Of a stretch of 64,000 bases of DNA, positions 49,829 through 64,000 are shown piece by piece. The notes under the pieces are model-generated. The model was not told the origin of the DNA, searched no databases, and saw only the letters and a program-made list of their open reading frames with translations. The DNA lies in assembly GCA_951406725.2 (NCBI GenBank), contig OX597824.1:54746001-54810000 (forward strand). Direction: 5' to 3'. The stretch comes from Octopus vulgaris (taxonomy: Eukaryota). The position numbers and the translations under genes are program-made. The first letter of the stretch is position 1. Each line of letters starts with the position of its first letter.

Positions 49829-51015
49829 GTGTAGTGGGGTAATAGTGGTGGATGGCGGTGGGTGATAGCTCGGATGTTTTTTTCCAGTTCTTTTGCTAGA
49901 TTCATTATAGCTAAAAAAGAGGAAGAAGAGGTGGTTTCCTGTCTAGGGAACCGCAGGTGACTGTGGATGCGGCTATTTTTATGTGAGTGGTTATCTTTAA
50001 ATGGCCGACGAGTCCCCGGGAGATGGGTAAAGGGGCAATCCCTGTGCAAACACAATCTGTCTCGCTGGGAATAGCGGCAGATTTGGGGATTCCTTGTTTG
50101 AGATATTGGTGGTTGTGGTGATGTTGTATTATGGTGGTTGCTGTTGTAGTTTGTGGGGATAGAGCGTTTTGTTCCAGGTAAATGGGTGAATTTGCAGTCT
50201 CTATCAGTGCACAGTCTATGGCGAAGAGAATATCGGCAAATGATGGGGTTTCGAGTGGGTGTGTAGGTGCGTGTATGTGTGTGAGCTGTGAAAGGTGTAG
50301 ATGATAGTTTGAAGTTTTGGCGACCTTTGTGACCTGTAGGAGGTAAATTCCTTGAGATAGCATTAGTAGTAGTAGTAGTAGTAGTAGTAGTAGGTAGAAG
50401 AGATGTTGACGGTGGTAATGATTGAGGAGGTCGATTCCAAGACAAAGATGTTTGTCGATATATAGTGGGAGTAGTACTAGTAGTAGTAAGCAGAGGAGAT
50501 GGTGTTGACAATGATGATGATTGAGCTGCTGGGGCAGTGAAAGGAAGGGGTGGTGCTTCCTGCTGTGTGACCCTGATGACTGGGGGTCAATCGTTTCATT
50601 TAGCAAATCGGCCATTGTAGATGAATCAAGGAGTGGTTCATCCTGTTGTTGTTGTTGAGGTTGTTGTTGTTGCCTCTGAGGTTGTTGCTGTAACCTGTTG
50701 TTGTTGTTGTTGTTGCCGCTGAGTTTGTTGTTGTTGAGGTTGTTGTTGTTGTTGTTGCGCCGGTGATGAAGAGAAAACAGATCTCAGTTTATCGAAGTGT
50801 TTATTTATTAATTTAAAAGCAACTTCGATTTGTTTTAATTTATTTTGGATCTGCTGTTCAGATCGAGTTTGCAAATGGTGAACTGTTCGTTTAGCAATTT
50901 CGTTCAGACACGAAGCACCTATGCTCTCTGTTTCGGTAAGGCCATGCCATGTGTTGATAAGAACGTCGACTTCATTATCAGACCAGTTTTTGTTGGATTT
51001 TTGGTGGCTAGCCAT
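49819..51015 (-). pseudogene. LINE ORF1: Myb/SANT-trihelix-like N-terminus, polyQ/polyT linker, two CCCH zinc fingers (one frameshift)
   Basis: NWSDNEVDVLINTW...RSEQQIQNKLKQI; CRYSLRHRLCTDRDCKFTH and CRYSQRDRLCLHRDCPFTH; the stop overlaps the ORF2 ATG (ATGCCATTAA). Confidence 0.7.
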
Positions 51016-51214
51016 TCTGGTTGATATGTTTTATTAAATTTTATTTTGTTCGTTCGTTTTGTTGATTACTTTTAATTATTATTATTATTTTTTTTTTTTT
51101 TAAGGAGAAGTATGTAGAATTGATTGTACAGAATGTTTGTTGTAATACTGAGAAGTTTGTATTTGAATTATGAGCTTGTAGTTATTTTATTATTTATTAT
51201 TTATTATTTATCTA

Positions 51215-51706
51215 TTTATTATTATTATTAATTAATTATTATTATTCTGATACCCCTAGTCGCCACTCTGTTTACTATTTCAGCCTCGCCTCGTTTTTTT
51301 TTTTTTTTTGCATATTCTGTATAATTCACTAGTTATCGTTATAGATATTTAAGATCTATCTCCCTTACAGGGCTGATTAGAAATTGGCTGCCGATTCTTC
51401 GCGGCGCGCCCTCCCTACCCACCCCCACCACCAATACCGGATATCTCTATTTTGCTCCAACTATACCGGATGTCGTTTCTCCCACCACCATTATAGGTGT
51501 CTACTCTTTGAACCCCCTCTTCAATACGCTATTTCACCATGCATTACCCCTCTCTCGATATCCTACGTTCTACTTGCCTAGAACCTGTCCTCTGAACCAC
51601 CCCTCCCACTGGTGCTCCCCTATATTTCTGCACCCTCCCCACCACCATTATAGGTGTCTACTCTTTGAACCCCCACTTCAATACGCTATTCACCATGCAT
51701 TACCCT
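51215..51706 (-). repeat. Inverted copy of the 42630-43107 minisatellite/(AAT)n element
   Basis: Reverse complement match, e.g. CAGGGCTGATTAGAAATTGGCTGCCGATTCTTCGCGGCGCGCCC; [12 protein letters not shown] appears on opposite strands at both sites. Confidence 0.9.
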
Positions 51707-55309
<3,603 letters not shown>

Positions 55310-55607
55310 TATATATATGTATATATATATATATATGTATGTATATATATATATGTATTTATATATATGTATATATATATATATATATGTATATGTATAT
55401 ATGTATATATATATATGTATATATATATATGTATGTATGTATATATATATATATGTATGTATATATATATATATATGTATGTATATATATATATATATGT
55501 ATGTATATAACGGGAAGCTTTATGAAAATAAACAAAAGACGAAGGCAGGTGGAAAACAAATGAACAATTGTATTAGTATGGCGCTCAGGAAATATAAATA
55601 AAACAAG

Positions 55608-55645
55608 TCTTTAACGTTTCGAGCCTACGCTCTTCAACAGAAAGA
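55608..55645 (-). ncRNA. Minimal hammerhead-like motif in the PLE pseudo-LTR (second, mutated copy at 60039-60076)
   Basis: TCTTT-CTGTTGAA-GAGC-GTAG-GCTC-GAAA-CGTT-AAAGA; palindromic stem III AACGTT; core deviates from CTGANGA. Confidence 0.55.
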
Positions 55646-56129
55646 TACACAGAGAGAGAAAAACACAGAAAGAAGGAGAGAAAAAAAATGCGTGCAGTAG
55701 CTAACGAATCAACATGGCGATCTGATTTCGGCCAGAGGTCAAAGATCAAACATGAGACGCGAGAGCGAAATAAGGGGAGATAATAGGGTTGATAAAAGGG
55801 TTGAGTGACCAGCTAATAGTGCGTGGGAGGGGTCTGGATGTGTGTATGTATAGGGTTGGTGTATGTATTAGTATGTATAAGGGTGTGTGTGTGTGTGTGT
55901 ATGAGAGAGTATTAGTGCGTAGGATTGGTCTGGACGTGCGTATGTATGGGGTTGGTGTATGTATTAGTATGTATTGGTACGTATTGGTATGTATATGTGT
56001 GTGTGTGTGTGTGAGAGAGTATAAGTGCGTATGCGGGGTCTGGACGTGTGTATGTATAGGGTTGGTGTAAGTATTAGTATGTACTAGTATGTATTAGTAC
56101 GTATTAGTATGTATTAGTTGGTGTGTGTA

Positions 56130-59100
56130 TTAGTATGGCACATCATATGTGATGTGATGTGTAAAGTCATGTGGTGTAGTGAGGAGAAGAGGGGGAGGGG
56201 AAGAAGAGGGGAGGAGAAGGGGGAAGAGGAGAGGATGGGGGAGAAGGAAGGGGATGAAGCAGGAAAGAGGGAGTGAGGGAGCAGAGGGAAGGGGAAGAGG
56301 GAGGGAGAAAGAGGGAAGAAGGGAAGGGGAGTAGGGGTGAAAGGATGAAGGACTGAAGAAGTAGGGGTCGGGGGGAGAAAGGATAGGTGAGGAGGGGTGA
56401 GAGGGGAGAGGGGGGTTAGATGAGGAGGGGGGAGAGTTGAGACCAAATGGCGTATAAGAGCGAAGAGAGAAGATTAATTCCTGTTCACGGCGCAAACGGG
56501 AATCCGGATGGCCTCTGTGTAAGGACAAACCGAACACAGATAGGTGTTGCAAGGAGTGACCGGTGGAGCGGAAATGGCGTGAGACCGGTGTGTCGTTCGC
56601 AAGGTGGATGTCACGAAGGTGTTCCGCGAACCGGTCAGCCAAGCGGCGTCCCGTTTGTCCGATGTACAAGGAATTGCAGAGAGAGCAAGAGATGCAATAG
56701 ATAATATTGCTGGAGGTGCAGGTGAAGGAGTGGATGATGGGATAGGGTCGATGGTGGGTGCTAGTGAGGCGGGTGGTGTTGGAGAGGTAAGGGCAAGTGC
56801 GGCAACGTGGGCGGGAGCAGGGGAACGAGCCGGGTTGGGAGGTAGGGTCAGGGAAGGAGCTATGGACCAAAAGGTCTCGAAGGTTGTGGGCTCGTTGGAA
56901 AGAGGGGAGGGGTCGGTTAGGGAAGAGGTGTGAAGTGGACGGGTCGGACTGGAGATGACGGAAAGCTCGAAGAATGGTGCGTTGGAGACGTAGGGTCGTG
57001 GGGTGGTAAGTGAGGGGAAAAGGGAGGCGGGAGACTACAGGGCGGGTTCGGGGAGAGAGAGCAGATACACGGTCCACGGACTGTGCTCTGGCAAGGGCGG
57101 TGTGGATAGTGGTGAGGGGGTATCCACGTAGGGTGAAGTGGTGAGCCATACGTTGAGACTGAGTCTCAAAGTCATAGTCGTCACTACAGAGCCTACGTAG
57201 ACGGAGGAATTGGGAATAGGTGATGGAAAGCTTGGTGTGTTCTGGGTGGGAGGAAGAGAAGTTGAGGTATGAGTGTGAGTCTGTGTGTTTGTAGTGAATG
57301 GAGGTGGTAAGAGTGGAGTGAAGAATGCTAACCGAAATGTCGAGGAAGGAGACAGAGGTGTTGGAGATAGTGGAAGTGAAGTGGAGGGCTGGATGGAAAG
57401 ATTGGATGAAAGAAAGGAAGGAATCTAGATGTTCGCGGGAGAGTGAGGTGGCACCGATAATGTCGTCAATATAACGACCATATAGTTCAGCAGTGGGACC
57501 AGTGAAATTAGAGAATATTTGGGCCTCAACATAGCCAACGAACAGGTTCGCATAGTTGGGGCCCATTCGCGTTCCCATGGCCACTCCCGAGACCTGATGG
57601 TAGAACTCGCCCGCGAACGAGAAGCAGTTCAGAGTAAGGACAAGTTCGGCCAGACGAATGAGTGTGGAGGTGTCAGGTACAGGGTTAGAGCGGAGGTCAA
57701 GAAAGTTTCGAAGGGCCTGCAGTCCTTCGTGGTGAGGGATAACAGTATAGAGGCTTTGGATGTCCATAGTAAAAAGGATTTTGGAGGAGCCGGGAGGAAA
57801 GGAGAAAGAGTTGAAAAGCCGGAGAGCATGGTTGGTATCGTGGATGTGGGAGGGAAGAGATGCCACTAGGGGGGCAAGGACACGGTCGAGGTATTTAGAG
57901 ATGAGCTCCGTGGGGCAGTTACAGGCGGAGACGATGGGGCGGCCAGGGTTGTTGGGTTTGTGGATTTTGGGGAGGAAGTAAATGGTGAGGGTACGTGGGG
58001 TTCGCACAATTAGGTTGGATGCGGTGCGGGGGAGACGGGAGGACGAGATGAGGTCTTGGACAGTAGAGGATACCGTCTGTTGGTAGCTACGTGTGGGGTT
58101 AGAGGGCAGAGGGGAATAGAAGGAGGTGTCATTGAGTTGGCGGAAAGCCTCGGCCCTATAGAGGTCCGCGCGCCACACCACTACAGCTCCACCCTTGTCA
58201 GCCGGTTTGATGATAATGTCAGTGCGCCGTTGGAGGGAACGAAGAGCCAAGAGCTCAGCCGGGGAGATGTTGAGGCGGCGTTGGCGCCTGGAGAAGTTGA
58301 ACCGCTCCAATGCACGCTGACAAGCGCCCGCGAAAAGATCCACTGCTAGGATCTGGCCAGGGGCAGGCGTCCACGGGGATGGTCGGCGGCCCAGGCCAGT
58401 GAAGCAGTCGTCCTCTTCGTTGGGTGTGGGTGGCGAGTCGTGGTAATGCGCACCCAACCGGACACGGCGCACAAAGCTGTGGACATCAACTCGCGTCTGG
58501 AATTCCTTACAGGATGGAGTGAGGGGGATGAAACGCAGATCCCTACCAAGGACGGAGCGTTCAGCCGCAGAGAGGGGAAGATCGGGGGGAATGGTAACAA
58601 CAGACGGAAGTGGAGAAGGGGTGGGTGGAATAGAAGTAGGAGGGGTGGTAGGTCTCGTGGAGGTCTGAGGGGGAGGGATTGGGGAGGTGTGTGGGGGGTG
58701 GTTGGGCGGGGCAGTAGGGTTAGGGTGTAGGTGGATGGAGCCTAACGGGAGGGGAGAAGGGGTTGTAGGGAGGGGCAGTGGGGTTAGGTGTGGGTGGATT
58801 GAGCCTATCGGGAGGGGAGAAGGGTGGTGGAGGAGTTGGGGTAGTGGCGTCGGGTAGGGTGGAATGGAAGAGTGATTGGAGTTTACGAAGTTTGGTATCA
58901 GAAAGAAATTGATGGAAGAGTTGATTCAAATGGATAATGAAGCGTAGCGTGTTTGGAGCATAGAGAGGCGGCAGAGAGGAGAAGAAGGTGGAGAAAGCAG
59001 GAGGAAGAAGGCGGTTGATGGCATGTAGTTTGGAGAGATTGGAGCGAATGGTGGCCCGCATAAGGCGGTAAGATGTGGTGCGGAGTATGGGTAAGATGGA

Positions 59101-59325
59101 AGAATCCGAGTGGAGAGCAGGGTGGAAGTGGAGGCGGAAACCTTTAGGGATGAGTCGGTGATGTAGGCAGCGGCTTAGGAAAGAGACATGGCTAGAGAAG
59201 CGGGTTTTTTTAAAAAGAAGTAGAGAGAGATTAACGGACGGCTGAAGGCAATATACAGGAAGCGAACGTAGATGATCCTTCAAACGGTGATGGAGGGTGA
59301 GGAGGTAGGACCTAGGATCCGGCAT
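56130..59325 (-). pseudogene. PLE polyprotein (N-terminal domain, RT, GIY-YIG) with a frameshift in the Pro-rich linker near 58720
   Basis: HVSFLSRCLHHRLIPKGF; IKPADKGGAVVV, YFLPKIHK, GRPIVS, GVAMGTRMGPNYANLF, RYIDD; NIIYCISCSLCNSLYIGQTGRRLADRFAEH; PFGLN. Confidence 0.9.
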
Positions 59326-60893
59326 GATGGGATAGCGGAAAAAAAACGTTCGAAAAAAAAACAAAAAAACAAATTATCGTATGAAAAAAATAGAAAAAAA
59401 GGATAGCGAAAAAAGGGGAAAAAACAAACGTTCAAAAAAACAAAAAAATAATAATCGTATGAAAAAACTAGATAAGTAAGCGATAGGGGCAGAAAAGACG
59501 GGGCAAACGGAAAAGGGAAAGAAAGAAGGGAAGCAGAGAGAGGGGGAGGCAAAAAAAGGGGGTGCAGGCAGAGGAAACGGAGTATGGACATCCAGAGAGG
59601 GAAGAAAGACGGAAAGGAGAACAAAAATTCAGGAAAATGTGGAAAGCATGAAATGAATGTAAAAAAAGTGGTAATATAAGAGAAAATAAAAATACAACAA
59701 ACGGGACAGTTTATGCGAACAAGTTCAAGGTTGAAAGTTCAAGGTGAGAAATGTGTAGACGTCGTGGTATATTTTTTAAGGATTTCACATCAATGCAAAG
59801 TCACTTTGATCCGCGAAAGAGAGGTGCAGCCAATGGTAAGTATCCAAGAGGTAAAGAAAATCCAAGGTAGAGGTAAGTGTTGATAGTGGTATTGGTAGAA
59901 TATAGGATGAAAGTGAGACCACGTGAGCGCATAATATATAACGGGAAGTTTTATGAAAATAGACAAAAGACGAAGGCAGGTGGAAAACAAACGAACAATT
60001 GTATTAGTATGGCGCTCAGGAAATATAAATAAAACAAGTCTTTAACGTTTCAAGCCTACGCTCTTCAACAGAAAGATACACAGAGAGAGAAAAACACAGA
60101 AAGAAGGAGAGAAAAAAAAATGCGTGCAGTAGCTAACGAATCAACATGGCGATCTGATTTCGGCCAGAGGTCAAAGATCAAACATGAGACGCGAGAGCGA
60201 AATAAGGGGAGATAATAGGGTAGATAAAAGGGTTGAGGGACCAGCTAATAGTGCGTGGAGGGGTCTGGATGTGTGTATGTATAGGGTTGGTGTATGTATT
60301 AGTATGTATAAGGGTGTGTATGAGAGAGTATTAGTGCGTAGGATTGGTCTGGAGGTGCGTATGTATGGGGTTGGTGTATGTATTAGTACGTATTGGTATG
60401 TATGTGTGTGTGTGAGAGAGAGTATATGTGCGTATGCGGGGTCTGGACGTGTGTATGTATAGGGTTGGTGTAAGTATTAGTATGTACTAGTATGTATTAG
60501 TACGTATTAGTATGTATTAGTTGGTGTGTGTATTAGTATGGCACATCATATGTGATGTGATGTGTAAAGTCATGTGGTGTAGTGAGGGGAGGAGAGGATG
60601 GGGAGAAGGAAGGGGATGAGGGGGGATGAAGGAGGAAAGAGGGAGAGGGGGAGAGAGAAGGGGAGAGAGGGAGTGAGGGAGCAGAGGGAAGGGGAATAGG
60701 GAGGGAGAAAGAGGGAAGAAGGGAAGGGGGAGTAGGGGTGAAAGGATGAAGGACTGAAGAAGTAGGGGTCGGGGGAGAAAGGATGGGAGAGTTGAGACCA
60801 AATGGCGTATAAGAGCGAAGAGAGAAGATTAATTCCTGTTCACGGTGCAAACGGGAATCCGGATGGCCTCTGTGTAAGGACAAACCGAACACA

Positions 60894-64000
<3,107 letters not shown>

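Larger units (their letters stand above)
46724..51200 (-). mobile_element. Near full-length CR1/L2-like LINE (ORF1 + ORF2); 5' boundary approximate
   Basis: ORF1 pieces 50638-51015 and 49819-50511; ORF2 pieces 48176-49828 and 46812-48323; short repeat tail abutting (TA)n. Confidence 0.9.
55509..60893 (-). mobile_element. Penelope-like element (Neptune-like) in partial-tandem/pseudo-LTR arrangement
   Basis: ~1 kb direct repeats 55509-56538 and 59940-60893 around an RT-GIY-YIG ORF; TA arrays on both flanks. Confidence 0.92.

Overview
AT-rich animal genomic DNA, most likely a cephalopod (Octopus-like), inferred from the SINE/RTE tails and extreme (TA)n content; no species-diagnostic test was possible. 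The only recognisable host gene is coding exon 1 of Arp2/ACTR2 (14640-14687, +; MDNKGRSVIVCDNGTG then GTAAGT). No exon 2 was seen, so the remaining ~49 kb appears to be intron 1. The first 14 kb holds decayed transposons: Penelope-like, Ty3/gypsy, MULE, mariner, Helitron, SINEs and two palindromic MITEs. It includes a composite Helitron that appears to have inserted into its own donor locus. From ~18 kb onward, long (TA)n arrays are interrupted almost only by retroelements. These are an RTE LINE with many 3'-UTR copies, three CR1/L2-like LINEs (one with an intact EN-RT ORF2, one near full length with a Myb/SANT-like plus CCCH ORF1), and several Penelope-like elements with hammerhead-ribozyme motifs. 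All long IY/MY-repeat ORFs are microsatellite artefacts. Family assignments come from motif recognition by eye.
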